Positions 40,022-50,591 of a stretch of 64,000 nucleotides of DNA are shown here, one piece after another; position 1 is the stretch's first letter, and every line of letters begins with the position of its first letter. The DNA comes from an uncultured Gemmatimonadales bacterium. Its GTDB lineage: Bacteria > Gemmatimonadota > Gemmatimonadetes > Gemmatimonadales > Gemmatimonadaceae. The DNA is taken from positions 155,000 through 218,999 of the forward strand of contig CAWBZV010000010.1 in assembly GCA_963793305.1 (NCBI GenBank). The letters run 5' to 3'. Under the pieces are notes generated by a model. The model had not been told where the DNA came from. It ran no database searches and was given only the letters and a program-made list of their open reading frames with translations. Position numbers and translations under genes: made by a program.

Positions 40022-41116
40022 ATGAGAACACGTGTGGCCCTCGCCCTTGGTGGCGGCGGCATGAAAGGCTTTGCGCATATTGGCGTCATCCGCGCCCTCG
40101 AGGAGCTCGGCATCGTGCCGACGCTCTATGCTGGCACGAGCATCGGCGCGTTGATCGCGGCTGCCCGCGCCGGCGGCGCGTCCGTCGACGTGATGGCGGA
40201 GCATGCGACGCAACTCAGACGCAAGAGTCTCTTTCGGCTGAATCACGTCGGCATGCTGCTCGAACGCATGCGTTCCCCGTCGATTTATCAGGAAGCGCCA
40301 CTTCGAGAGCTGATCGATCAGAATGTTCCGCCGGGACGGCTCGCCGACCTCCCCGTGCCAGCGCTCATCAGTACCGTCGACGTTGAGCGTGGGTCGCAGC
40401 TCGTGTGGGGCCTTCCAGGACTCGACAACGTCTCGGTATCCGATGCCGTCTATGCCTCGTGCGCGCTCCCTGGATTCTTCCCGCCGGGCCGCGTGAACGG
40501 GCGATTGTGCATCGATGGCGGAACGATCGACAATCTTCCGGCGGCGATCACGGCCGACCGCGCTGATGTCGTCATCGCCGTTGACGTTGGCTCGAGCGAG
40601 CTCTCGCAGGGCGAGTCGATCGCCTCCCACGGGTTCGCGGCCACGTACATGCGAGCGGCGACGGTCATGATGCACGCACTCCAGCTCTATCAGCTCAACC
40701 AGTGGGATGGCCCGCCGATGGTGCTCATCCGGCCGAAACTCGGTCAGGTCGGATGGCTGCAGTTCGGCGACACGCCCAAAGTGATCGAGGAAGGCTACCG
40801 CGCGGCGAAAGAGGCGCTGAGGCACTTCGACGAGGTCGCCGCCGCGACTGGCGGTGTGTTCCCGCGCCGGCGTGTGCGGGTCGAGGTCGACCGGGCGAAG
40901 TGCATCGGGTGCGGCATCTGCGTCGCCATGGCGCCGGATCTCATGGCCCTCGACTCCAAGGGCAAGGCGGTCTCGAAGACCATGAGCGTGACGTGGTCGC
41001 CGGCGGACGGTGAGTTCATTCACCACTGCCCCACGACCGCGCTCACCGTGGTGCCAGCGCGTCGCTCGAATCAGCCTGCCGCGCGAGCCAGCGCGTCGAC
41101 CGCCAAGCGCTCATAG
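40022..41116 (+). CDS. Patatin-like phospholipase fused to C-terminal ferredoxin-like domain
   Basis: GGGGMKG, GTSIG, DGG; C-terminal VDRAKCIGCGICVAMAP...HCP. Confidence 0.88.
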   Translation: MRTRVALALGGGGMKGFAHIGVIRALEELGIVPTLYAGTSIGALIAAARAGGASVDVMAEHATQLRRKSLFRLNHVGMLLERMRSPSIYQEAPLRELIDQNVPPGRLADLPVPALISTVDVERGSQLVWGLPGLDNVSVSDAVYASCALPGFFPPGRVNGRLCIDGGTIDNLPAAITADRADVVIAVDVGSSELSQGESIASHGFAATYMRAATVMMHALQLYQLNQWDGPPMVLIRPKLGQVGWLQFGDTPKVIEEGYRAAKEALRHFDEVAAATGGVFPRRRVRVEVDRAKCIGCGICVAMAPDLMALDSKGKAVSKTMSVTWSPADGEFIHHCPTTALTVVPARRSNQPAARASASTAKRS

Positions 41117-42081
41117 ATCCCGACGGCCCGTCTGAGCTCCTCCAGCTCGACATACTCGTCGTCCGTATGCGCGACGTGAATCGAACCGGGGCCGAATAAG
41201 TAAGGCGTGCCCCAGTTCGACAACTTGGGGATATCGGTTGCATACGCGACGATGGACGTTGGCAAGCCCTCGATGTGTCCGAGTTTGACCGGGGGCACCA
41301 GCGCCTCGAACTCTATCGACGCCCGCCCAGCGACCCAACGCGTGAGCAGGTTCTCTATGTCCGCGGCTGGCGTCACGAGGCGCGCCATCAATCGTGCCTC
41401 GGCCCATGGCGCGATGACATTGTCCGCCACGCCACCAGCGAGCGAGCCAATGTTGATCGTGGTGTCGCCGAGCATCGCATCGCTCGGTAGCGCCAGGGCG
41501 TCGAGCTCGGCGAGCAGGTGAACCAGATCGCGCGTCGCCGAATGGCCGAGGGCGGGGTACGCAGAATGGGCAGCCTTGCCGGTTGTGCGCAGAGCTAGGC
41601 GCAATGCGCCCTTCGTGCCCAGCGCTAGCGTGCTCTCCGTCGGCTCACCGTTGATGAGCACGCGGCTCGTGGTCGGCACAGTATTCGCCGCGGTCGCGCC
41701 ATCATGGATCGTCTCTTCACCGACCACAAATAACAACCCAACAGGAACGTCGTGCTCCCGAAGTCGCTCGGCCGCGCAGCACATGGCCGCGGCGATCCCC
41801 TTGGCGTCGCACGCACCGCGACCGAACAACCGGCCGCCGGCGAAGCGGGGTGGGATGAACGGCGGCACCGTATCGAGGTGCGTGCTCAGCGTCACCAGCG
41901 GCGAGGGGACCGATGTGGCCAACAGATCGTCTCGTCCCGGCGAGACGGGAATGCGCGTGACGCGCCATCCCCGGTCGGACAATAAGTCGTCGACATAGGA
42001 CACGATCTCGCCTTCGTTCCCGCTGGTCGATTCCAGCCGAACGAGGTCGGCGGCCAGCGCCGCAGGGTCCAGTGGGGTCAT
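41071..42081 (-). CDS. M20 metallopeptidase/deacylase (ArgE/DapE-like)
   Basis: THLDTV, GRGACDAKG, GEE, GEPT, G.AAHS, GPG....AHT.DE. Confidence 0.9.
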   Translation of the reverse strand: MTPLDPAALAADLVRLESTSGNEGEIVSYVDDLLSDRGWRVTRIPVSPGRDDLLATSVPSPLVTLSTHLDTVPPFIPPRFAGGRLFGRGACDAKGIAAAMCCAAERLREHDVPVGLLFVVGEETIHDGATAANTVPTTSRVLINGEPTESTLALGTKGALRLALRTTGKAAHSAYPALGHSATRDLVHLLAELDALALPSDAMLGDTTINIGSLAGGVADNVIAPWAEARLMARLVTPAADIENLLTRWVAGRASIEFEALVPPVKLGHIEGLPTSIVAYATDIPKLSNWGTPYLFGPGSIHVAHTDDEYVELEELRRAVGIYERLAVDALARAAG

Positions 42082-42165
42082 GGCGTACAAGATGCTAGAT
42101 TTCGGAAGCCTGCGTAGAGTGCTCGCGCAGTGGCTCCGTTCTCCACGCCGTAGTGGACCCCTGAA

Positions 42166-44871
42166 ATGCCACATCCGAACTCTTTCGGTAGCCGCTCGAC
42201 GCTCAGCGTCGGCGGGCGGTCGTACGCGATCTATCGGCTCAGTGCCGTCGGAGGCGCCAAACTCCCCTTCAGCCTCCGCATCCTCCTCGAGAACCTCCTG
42301 AGAAACGAGGACGGCGCGTTCGTCAAGCGACAGGACATCGAGGCGCTGGCCGCCTGGGATGTCAGCTCGAAGCAAGAGCGCGAGATCGCGTTCCGGCCGA
42401 GTCGCGTGCTCCTGCAAGACTTCACGGGCGTGCCGGCCGTGGTCGATCTCGCCGCCATGCGCGACGCCATCGCCACGCTCGGCGGATCGCCTGCCCAGAT
42501 CAACCCGCTGCAGCCCGTCGATCTCGTCATCGATCACTCGGTGCAGGTCGACGAGTACGGGTCAGACGCTGCGTTCTTGATCAACGCCGGGCTCGAATAC
42601 GAGCGCAATCGCGAACGTTATGCGTTCTTGCGTTGGGGGCAGACCGCGTTCGACAACTTCAAGGTTGTTCCTCCCGAGACCGGCATCTGCCACCAGGTCA
42701 ACCTGGAATATTTGGCGCGGGTTGTATTTGAGCAGGACGGCGTGGCGTATCCAGATTCATTGGTCGGGACAGACTCCCATACGACCATGATCAATGGCCT
42801 CGGCGTCCTCGGCTGGGGCGTTGGAGGCATAGAGGCGGAAGCCGCAATGCTCGGGCAGCCGTTGTCGATGCTGATCCCCGAGGTGGTCGGATTCAAGTTG
42901 CACGGCAAGCTCCCGCCCGGTGCGACCGCCACGGATCTCGTGCTGACCGTTACGCAGATGCTGCGGCAGAAGAAAGTCGTCGGGAAATTCGTCGAGTTCT
43001 ATGGCGTCGGCCTGTCGACCCTGTCGCTCGCCGACCGCGCGACGATCGCGAACATGGCGCCGGAGTATGGCGCGACCATGGGATTTTTCCCGGTCGACGC
43101 CGAGACACTCGCGTATCTGCGGCTCACGGGAAGAGACGAGCCGCAGGTCAAACTCGTCGAGGCCTATTGTCGGGAACAGGGGCTGTTTCGGACAGATGAG
43201 ACCCCGGAGCCCGCGTTCTCCGATACGCTGGCGCTCGACCTGGGAACCGTGGAGCCGAGCCTCGCCGGCCCGAAGCGGCCGCAGGATCGGGTGCCGCTCT
43301 CGCAGTCGAAGAAGATGTTCCGCGACGCGCTCGCGGCCGACATCGCCTCGCGCCCCCAGCCGGTCGTCGCCGGTACGCAGCGCGCCGTGGCGGTCGAAGA
43401 CAACGAGGGCGGTGGCCAGCCGCAGCACGAAGCGATGTGCGAATGGAACGGGCGGCAGTTCGCGCTGCGCGACGGCGCGGTCGTGATCGCGGCAATTACG
43501 AGTTGCACGAACACGTCGAACCCGAGCGTCATGCTCGCCGCCGGCATGCTGGCGCGGAATGCGGTCCAGGCGGGGCTGACGACCAAGCCGTGGGTGAAGA
43601 CCAGTCTCGCGCCGGGCTCGAAGGTCGTCACCGAGTACTTCAACAAGGCCGGCGTGACGGAGTCGCTCGAGCGGCTCGGGTTCAATCTCGTCGGCTATGG
43701 TTGCACGACGTGCATCGGCAACTCGGGACCGCTCCCGCAGCCGATCGCCGATGTGGTCGAGGAGCACCATCTCGTCGTCGCGGCCGTCCTCTCGGGGAAT
43801 CGCAACTTCGAAGGTCGTGTCAATCCGTTGACGCGGTTTAACTACCTCGCGTCGCCGCCGCTCGTCGTCGCGTACGCGCTTGCCGGGCGCATGGACATCG
43901 ATTTCGCCGCGGAGCCGATCGGGGTCGGTACGAATGGGCCGGTGTTCCTGCGGGACATCTGGCCAGCGCCCAAGGACGTCGAAGCGGAGATTTTGCGCTC
44001 GGTCAAAGCCGACATGTTCCGCGAGCAGTATGCTGACGTGTTCACCGGCGATGAACGGTGGCGCGCGTTGTCGGTGCCGACTGGCGAGCGCTACGCGTGG
44101 GACGATGCCTCGACGTACGTAAAGCACCCGCCCTACTTCGTCGGCGTGACATCCACTCCGCCGGGCATCGCGCCCATCTCGGGCGCGCGCGTGCTCGCGC
44201 TGCTCGGCGACTCCATCACGACGGATCACATCTCGCCCGCCGGGACGATTCAGGCGGCGAGTCCCGCTGGCCGCTGGTTACTCGATCACGGGGTGCCCAA
44301 GGCTGACTTCAATTCTTACGGGGCACGTCGTGGGAATCACGAGGTCATGGTACGAGGGACGTTCGCCAATATTCGACTCAAGAACGAATTGGTGCCCGGC
44401 ACCGAGGGCGGAGTCACTCGCACGACGCCTGAAGGGCAGCCGCTCTCGATCTATGATGCTGCCGTGACGTACCAGAAGGCCGCGACGCCATTGCTGGTCA
44501 TCGCGGGGAAAGAATATGGGACCGGGTCCTCTCGCGATTGGGCGGCCAAGGGCACGCTATTGCTCGGCGTGCGAGCGGTGATTGCCGAGTCGTTCGAGCG
44601 CATTCATAGATCCAATCTCGTCGGCATGGGTGTTCTGCCGCTCGAATTTGCCGATGGCGCCACGAGAAAGTCTCTGGGGCTCACCGGATTCGAGACCTAT
44701 GCCATCGAGGGGCTCAGCAATGATCTCAAACCAAAGACGAAACTCACGGTGAGGGCGGGAGACAAGACGTTCCCGGTCACCGTGAGAATCGACACCCCCG
44801 AAGAGATGCAATACTACAAGCACGGCGGAATTCTGCCGTACGTCCTCCGTCAGTTAGTGCGCAACAGCTAG
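42166..44871 (+). CDS. acnA: Aconitate hydratase A
   Basis: [49 protein letters not shown]. Confidence 0.97.
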   Translation: MPHPNSFGSRSTLSVGGRSYAIYRLSAVGGAKLPFSLRILLENLLRNEDGAFVKRQDIEALAAWDVSSKQEREIAFRPSRVLLQDFTGVPAVVDLAAMRDAIATLGGSPAQINPLQPVDLVIDHSVQVDEYGSDAAFLINAGLEYERNRERYAFLRWGQTAFDNFKVVPPETGICHQVNLEYLARVVFEQDGVAYPDSLVGTDSHTTMINGLGVLGWGVGGIEAEAAMLGQPLSMLIPEVVGFKLHGKLPPGATATDLVLTVTQMLRQKKVVGKFVEFYGVGLSTLSLADRATIANMAPEYGATMGFFPVDAETLAYLRLTGRDEPQVKLVEAYCREQGLFRTDETPEPAFSDTLALDLGTVEPSLAGPKRPQDRVPLSQSKKMFRDALAADIASRPQPVVAGTQRAVAVEDNEGGGQPQHEAMCEWNGRQFALRDGAVVIAAITSCTNTSNPSVMLAAGMLARNAVQAGLTTKPWVKTSLAPGSKVVTEYFNKAGVTESLERLGFNLVGYGCTTCIGNSGPLPQPIADVVEEHHLVVAAVLSGNRNFEGRVNPLTRFNYLASPPLVVAYALAGRMDIDFAAEPIGVGTNGPVFLRDIWPAPKDVEAEILRSVKADMFREQYADVFTGDERWRALSVPTGERYAWDDASTYVKHPPYFVGVTSTPPGIAPISGARVLALLGDSITTDHISPAGTIQAASPAGRWLLDHGVPKADFNSYGARRGNHEVMVRGTFANIRLKNELVPGTEGGVTRTTPEGQPLSIYDAAVTYQKAATPLLVIAGKEYGTGSSRDWAAKGTLLLGVRAVIAESFERIHRSNLVGMGVLPLEFADGATRKSLGLTGFETYAIEGLSNDLKPKTKLTVRAGDKTFPVTVRIDTPEEMQYYKHGGILPYVLRQLVRNS

Positions 44872-46305
44872 CACGGCGCTGGAGGCTGGCAACGAGATGT
44901 TGGCGGTGCCTTTGGTGATTGCCACGGGCGACTGTGCCGACATGTCGTTGAGCGCGTCGGATCGATAGGCCTGCACAGTGGTACCGGGCAGACCAGAGAC
45001 CGCCAAGACTTTATTCGCCGTCGTCGTGTTCGTCATGAGCACGGCGACGGTTGACTTATCGGGGCTGGTGAACGCGAGGAGATCAACGCGCGCGGTGCAC
45101 GGATCTTGATTCCCCGCCCCAACCTGGAGGTTGGGATCGGTCGTCGTCATCGGCGTTACGGACCACCCGGGCCGCACGGTGGTCCAGAGCTGTTTCAGCG
45201 CATAGTAGCGCTTGGAGTAGATCGGCGTGGTATTGCCGGTCACGAGCGTGCCACCGTCCGGTGGAGACGAGGACTGCGCCCAGCCGAGCCACCACGCCCA
45301 GTAGTTGAACGGCAGGACGACGAAGTGCGCGGCGAGCGCGCGATAGGTGTCGAGCGTCCAGTCGAGCTCCGTCGCGCCGAGTGGCGCCGAGAACTCGGTG
45401 ACCCAGGCGTCTTTCGGATACGACTGCATGCCGGCGCCGACGCCGGTGAGCTCGCACTCGCCGTACGCGTGCAGCGCGTACGCTCCCACCGCGTGATTGA
45501 GTGCCGGCGTGGCGAGCGCCGGGAATCCACTACCGCCGAGGTAGCCGGGCGTGAGCGTGTATGGATCGTAGTAGATCGCGAAGGAGAACGAACCCGTCTC
45601 GGGACCGAATAAGGGAACGGCGGACAGTCCGTTGGCATCGAACGAGGCGCGGGCCGCGATGAGGACGCGCTGCCACTGCGCGACCGTGTACAGGGTACTG
45701 TTGTACGTGTCGATGTGCTCCGGCTCATTCTGAATGCTGACCGCGGCCGGGAGCGGCATACCGTTCGCGCGGAGCGTCAGCAGGATCTTCGTGAGATACG
45801 CCACGTAGATACTCTCGGCGTCGGTCCGGAGCGAACCGCCGGGCAGCGAGTCGTTGGTCTTCATCGAAGCTGGCGGCGACCAGACAGATGCGATGTAGCT
45901 CGTGACGCCATACGACTGGCTGGTCTCGAGCGATTGGACGAGGATGGACATCTGCGTCGGGTCGAGCGTCATGTTGCTGACGTTCGTGCCGCTCACATAG
46001 AGCTGCGGTACGAAGCCGACGCGGGTGAATGTGATGCCCATCGCGTAGAGCGCTTGCGCGACCTGCGGACGCCCGTAGAGGCCCGCGCCGCCGGTCGGGT
46101 ACAAGCCCCAGCCCTTCACGAGCTGAGCCGGCGCGCCGAGCGTTGCGGTCGCGGTGGGCGTGACTTTTTGAGTCGTGTCCGGCGAAGGAGGCGGCGGCGT
46201 CTTCTTGGTTGTCGTCGTATCCGACTGGGTCGGCGCCGGGAAGTCTTCCGTTGGGGCTACACACGCCGACAGCAACAACAGGCATGGCACGAGGAATCCG
46301 CGCAT
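44854..46305 (-). CDS. Lipoprotein glycoside hydrolase (GH30-like, clan A)
   Basis: Lipobox LSAC, Pro/Thr linker, WSPPA.MKTN, SIQNEP acid/base, WVTE nucleophile, C-terminal beta-sandwich. Confidence 0.8.
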   Translation of the reverse strand: MRGFLVPCLLLLSACVAPTEDFPAPTQSDTTTTKKTPPPPSPDTTQKVTPTATATLGAPAQLVKGWGLYPTGGAGLYGRPQVAQALYAMGITFTRVGFVPQLYVSGTNVSNMTLDPTQMSILVQSLETSQSYGVTSYIASVWSPPASMKTNDSLPGGSLRTDAESIYVAYLTKILLTLRANGMPLPAAVSIQNEPEHIDTYNSTLYTVAQWQRVLIAARASFDANGLSAVPLFGPETGSFSFAIYYDPYTLTPGYLGGSGFPALATPALNHAVGAYALHAYGECELTGVGAGMQSYPKDAWVTEFSAPLGATELDWTLDTYRALAAHFVVLPFNYWAWWLGWAQSSSPPDGGTLVTGNTTPIYSKRYYALKQLWTTVRPGWSVTPMTTTDPNLQVGAGNQDPCTARVDLLAFTSPDKSTVAVLMTNTTTANKVLAVSGLPGTTVQAYRSDALNDMSAQSPVAITKGTANISLPASSAVLAVAH

Positions 46306-46321
46306 GCTGGCCTCCACCTGA

Positions 46322-46410
46322 CCGTTCGGCGGCCGGACTGGCGTGGCGCCGTAGCGCTTTAGCCTCCAGAGCTTTGCGTCGCCGGCTTTCGCCGGTTATG
46401 CCGTGGACGA
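46322..46410 (-). ncRNA. c-di-GMP-I (GEMM) riboswitch
   Basis: Minus strand CACGGCATAACCGGC-GAAA-GCCGGCGACGCAAAGC...CTAAA...GGCCGCCGAA matches the GEMM consensus (GNRA loop, GACGCAAAGC, CTAA receptor); lies just before the GGAGG RBS. Confidence 0.88.
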
Positions 46411-46556
46411 GCGGCCCGGCAGAATGGCCGAGCCCGCTTTAAATTATCGGATTCAGGGTGGTCGGCTTTGAATCGGTCGATCCGCTTGTTTGCCGCGGAT
46501 CAGAGGGGCTGACGCCGCCATGCCGGCTGTCACAACCCTGGCCTGGCTAACTTCTA

Positions 46557-46609
46557 GCCGCTCCGCGGCTCGTCAATGCAGCGCTAACGCGCTGCTCGAC
46601 TGGTCGGTT
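46557..46609. repeat. Structured dispersed repeat, copy 2 (REP-like)
   Basis: Near-identical to 23869-23919; followed by a TCCGGGGGGC/GCCCCCCGGA hairpin at 46614-46646. Confidence 0.8.
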
Positions 46610-46654
46610 CGCCTCCGGGGGGCAAACCCCAACTACGCCCCCCGGACCCCCCTA

Positions 46655-48254
46655 CTACTGCGGCAGAGACGTTTCTGGCGCGGTGGCCGTATCGGTCCGC
46701 CCGGTCGCGCCGAACACGGCGTTGACCGTGTCATTGCCGACTGCCTCGACGTTCAGGTGGTCGGGCATAAAGGCATCGCCCGCGCCTTCGAGCGACACGT
46801 AGTGGCCGCCGGCGTCAACGCGGACGACGATGGGTGTAAAACCCAGCGTTCGACCATCCAACCGCACCTTGGCGGCTCCGCCCCGGGCCAGGATCCGGAT
46901 ATACGCGGGCGCGTCCGAGTTACGCGATATCACCCCACCGCCGAGCGAGGGATCGAGCGCGACGGGGCGCCGATGCACCACGGCCTGATCCGTGGCATTG
47001 AGATCGAACGTCGTATCAACCGGCGTGGGAAGCGAATCTGGTATCGGTGCGGCCGTGGGCGCTCGTCGGCGCGGATGGACGATCTCTTTCTTGATCTGCT
47101 GCTCGGTCGGCCCATTCCGCGAGAGTCCGAACACCGCGGCGACACCGGCGACCGCGAGCAGAAACAACGCGGCGCCGATCAGCATGCCGTTGCCACGCTT
47201 GGGCGGCGGCGGCGGCGCAATGAAGGACGTAGCCGTCACGGACGCCCGACCGACTGGCCGGCGTCCGGCGAGCGCATCGACGAACGACGACGCCGACGGG
47301 AACCGGTCGGACGCGCTCTTCGCCATGGCGCGCTGAATTGCGGCGTCGGTGTATGGCTCGATCCCCGCGCGCAACGCCGATGCTTTGGGCACCTCGGCCG
47401 AGAGATGCAGCTTGAGGAGATCCTGGACCTTCACCGTCTCGAACGGCCGGTGTCCGGTGAGCATCTCGAACGCCATGACGCCGAGCGCGTACTGGTCGGC
47501 TTTCGCGTCAATGTCTTCGCCGCGCCATTGCTCGGGCGACATGTACCCCGGCGACCCGATGATGCCGGTGCCGGAGCCCACCGGCGCTTCGCCTGAGCCC
47601 AAGGCTTTCGCGATACCGAAGTCGGACACCATGGCGTGGCCGCTGTCGCCGATCAGCACGTTCGCGGGCTTGATGTCGCGATGGATCACGCCCTGCGCGT
47701 GCGCATAGTCGAGCGCGCGGCCGACATCGCGCAGGATGTCGAACACGTGCTCGAACGTCGAGCATGTTGTGGCCGGCGAGGACATCCTCGAGCGTGCCGC
47801 CGCGCACCAGTCGCATGGTGTAGAACGCGACCGTGTTGCGCTGGCCGACCGCGAAGATCGGCACGATGTGCGGGTGGTCGAGTCGGGCCGCGAGTTTGGC
47901 CTCGCGCTCGAATCGGCCGTAGGCCTCGGGTGACAGGATCGGGTCGAGGGCCAGGACCTTGAGCGCCACCTCGCGATCGAGCGCCGTCTCGTGGGCACGG
48001 AACACGATGCCCATGCCACCGCGACCCAGGAGCTCGATGAGGCGATAGGCGTCACCGACGGATTCCTGCAGGCGGAGGCGGATGCGCTCCGCGTGCTCGG
48101 CGGCGCCAGGGCCCGTAATCGCCGCTCCACAACGCATGCACGATGTGCTCGACGGGATAATCGTCGCGCCACAACGAGCGCACACGCCGGGCAGACTGGC
48201 CGGCGTTGTGACCGCAGCGTAGGAAGGGCGTGGGTTGCTCTGACTGCCGGTCAC
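46655..48254 (-). CDS. Hanks-type Ser/Thr protein kinase with TM and PEGA-like domain, +1 frameshift at ~47754
   Basis: LGRGGMG, VALK, HPHIV in one frame; HRDIKPAN, DFG, GSPGYMSPEQ in the other; N-terminal CARC/CMRC. Confidence 0.9.
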
Positions 48255-48390
48255 GGGCTCCGTCCGGAGGTGATGTAGCCTTCAGATCCAGACTCTATGG
48301 ATGGGCTCGGCGTCACGGTTGTAGGGCATTTTGACCGACCCAAAAACCCGCGGCCTGGCGAGCTACGGGCCGCTGTGACAGACTCCCCAT

Positions 48391-49704
48391 GTGCTGCCAT
48401 CACCCCGCGAAGTGCTTGGCCGCCTGTATGAGGCAGCCGTCAGCGGGGCGAACCCCGAGACCGCGACCCGGGACGCCGTCAGGCAACTGGGCCTGGGATC
48501 CGGGCCGGTGCACATCATCGCACTCGGCAAGGCCGCGGTCACCATGGCCAACGCCGCAATCGCCGCGCTCGGGTCTCCACCGGCCGGCGGCGTAGTGGTA
48601 GCCCCTGAAGCCGCGGCTTCCGCTCTGCCAGTGGTTGTCGGGGACCACCCCATCCCTGGCACTGGCTCACTCGCGGCGGCCGCGGCGATCGGAGACGCTA
48701 TTGCGCGCGTCGGCCCCGCCGAACGCGTGCTCGCGCTCGTCTCCGGCGGGGCGAGTGCGCTCGTCGCCGCGCCACTCCCGGATATCCCGGATTTTGGGCC
48801 TCCGGAGCTGGCGAGACTCTATGAGGCGCTTCTGGCTTCGGGGGCCGATATCGGCATCGTCAACGCCGTACGAAAGAGATTCACACGGTGGAGCGCCGGG
48901 CGGATAACACTGGCGCTTCCCGGCAAACGGATCGATTGCTTGCTCGTGTCCGACGTCCCGGGAGACGATCCGGCATCGATCAGCTCCGGTCCGTTCGTTG
49001 GAGATCCGATTGTTACCAGTGATCTGATCGCGAGACTCGAACGTTCGGGCCGCTGGATGCTTTTTGATGCCGTTGTGCGCGCGCACCTCGAGCGCATCGC
49101 GTGCGGCGAAGTACCCGACACGCCCAAACCGGGTGACCCGGCGTTCACGAACGTGCGCGCGCAGGTCATCGTGAGTAATCGCCACGCGGTCGAAGCGGCG
49201 GCCGCGCGGGCACGAGAGATCGGATTCGACGAAGTGATCATCTCGCCCACTCCGCTGGCGGGCGAAGCGTCGATCGCCGGCGTGCGCCTGGCGAGCGAGC
49301 TCCTCGCGCGACGCAAGCTCGCGCGCGGCGCGTACCGATCGCGTTGCGTGCTCTGGGGCGGCGAGACGACCGTCACGCTCCGCGCCGGCGCCACGCCTGG
49401 GCTCGGCGGCCGCAGCCAGGAGTTGGCGCTCGCCGCCGCGCGTTCGTTGGCGGATGCCGGCGACACCGCGTCAGGCATCGCCCTGCTAGCGGCCGGGACC
49501 AATGGGCGCGACGGCCCGACGGACGCCGCCGGCGCTATCGTCGACGGCCTCACGTGGACCGCCGTGAGCGCCGCCGGGCGCGATCCAGCCGCCGATCTCG
49601 CGGGCCACGACGCCTATCGCGCGCTCGATGCCGCACACGCGTTGCTTCGCACAGGCTACACCGGTACCAACGTGATGGACGTGGCGTTCGGCCTGATCGT
49701 CTAG
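48391..49704 (+). CDS. Glycerate kinase type 2 (DUF4147/MOFRL)
   Basis: GKAA..M, GDHP.P, SGGASAL, SDVPGD...ISSGP, GGETTV, GGRSQE, TGTNVMD. Confidence 0.92.
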   Translation: MLPSPREVLGRLYEAAVSGANPETATRDAVRQLGLGSGPVHIIALGKAAVTMANAAIAALGSPPAGGVVVAPEAAASALPVVVGDHPIPGTGSLAAAAAIGDAIARVGPAERVLALVSGGASALVAAPLPDIPDFGPPELARLYEALLASGADIGIVNAVRKRFTRWSAGRITLALPGKRIDCLLVSDVPGDDPASISSGPFVGDPIVTSDLIARLERSGRWMLFDAVVRAHLERIACGEVPDTPKPGDPAFTNVRAQVIVSNRHAVEAAAARAREIGFDEVIISPTPLAGEASIAGVRLASELLARRKLARGAYRSRCVLWGGETTVTLRAGATPGLGGRSQELALAAARSLADAGDTASGIALLAAGTNGRDGPTDAAGAIVDGLTWTAVSAAGRDPAADLAGHDAYRALDAAHALLRTGYTGTNVMDVAFGLIV

Positions 49705-49714
49705 ATTTCTTTCA

Positions 49715-50587
49715 ATGCCACCATTTACAGTCGGCCTCATTCAGGCCGCCGTCAGCGACGACATTGCGGCCAACGTCCGCGACGCACAAGAGAAGATCCG
49801 CGAAGCCGCCGCTCGTGGCGCTCAGATTATTTGCTTGCAAGAGCTCTTCGACGCGCCGTATTTCGCGCAAGCGACGAAGGCCGAGCGATTCGACCTGGCC
49901 GAGCCGATTCCTGGGCCGACGGTCACGTCGATGCAGGCGCTGGCCAAGTCGCTCTCCGTCGTGCTGATCGTGCCGATCTTCGAGCGCGAAGCGGCCGGTG
50001 TCTATCGCAACTCCGCGGCGATGATCGACGCCGATGGCGCTTTGCTTGGGGTGTACCGCAAGCTGCATATCCCGGACGACCCCCAGTACTACGAGAAATA
50101 TTATTTCACCCCCGGCGACACCTTTCGCGTGTGGCCGACGAAACGGGCAAAAGTCGGCACGCTGATCTGCTGGGACCAATGGTTCCCGGAGGGCGCAAGA
50201 ATTACGTCGCTCTTGGGCGCCGAGATCTTGTTCTATCCGACGGCGATCGGCTGGCATCCGGCCGAGAAGGACGCGGTCGGACAGGATCAGTTGAGCGCGT
50301 GGCAGACGATTCAGCGCAGTCATGCCATTGCGAATGGCGTCTTTGTCGCCGCCGTCAATCGCGTCGGCCACGAGCCCGAGCCGGGCACGAAGGGCATCGA
50401 GTTCTGGGGCCACTCGTTCATTGCCGACCCGTTCGGTCGAGTGATCGCGCAGGCCGGCACGGGGCCCGAGGTGCTCGTGGCCACCTGCGATCCGGCGATC
50501 ATCGAAGAAACGCGGCGGAACTGGCCCTTCCTGCGCGACCGCCGAGTCGACGCGTACGCGCCGATCGGCAATCGCTTCATAGGGTAG
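49715..50587 (+). CDS. aguB: N-carbamoylputrescine amidase (carbon-nitrogen hydrolase)
   Basis: QELF, YRK.HIP....Y.EK.YF.PG, ICWDQWFPE, YPTAIG; next to agmatine deiminase. Confidence 0.88.
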   Translation: MPPFTVGLIQAAVSDDIAANVRDAQEKIREAAARGAQIICLQELFDAPYFAQATKAERFDLAEPIPGPTVTSMQALAKSLSVVLIVPIFEREAAGVYRNSAAMIDADGALLGVYRKLHIPDDPQYYEKYYFTPGDTFRVWPTKRAKVGTLICWDQWFPEGARITSLLGAEILFYPTAIGWHPAEKDAVGQDQLSAWQTIQRSHAIANGVFVAAVNRVGHEPEPGTKGIEFWGHSFIADPFGRVIAQAGTGPEVLVATCDPAIIEETRRNWPFLRDRRVDAYAPIGNRFIG

Positions 50588-50591
50588 CGCG

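Noticed and set aside
40022..41116. Patatin as a CBASS CapV-type defence effector
   Set aside because: No CD-NTase or other defence genes nearby; housekeeping context
23869..46609. Repeat pair as CRISPR repeats or att/IS ends bounding a 22-kb element
   Set aside because: Only two imperfect copies, no spacers, cas or recombinase; the genes between them are core chromosomal
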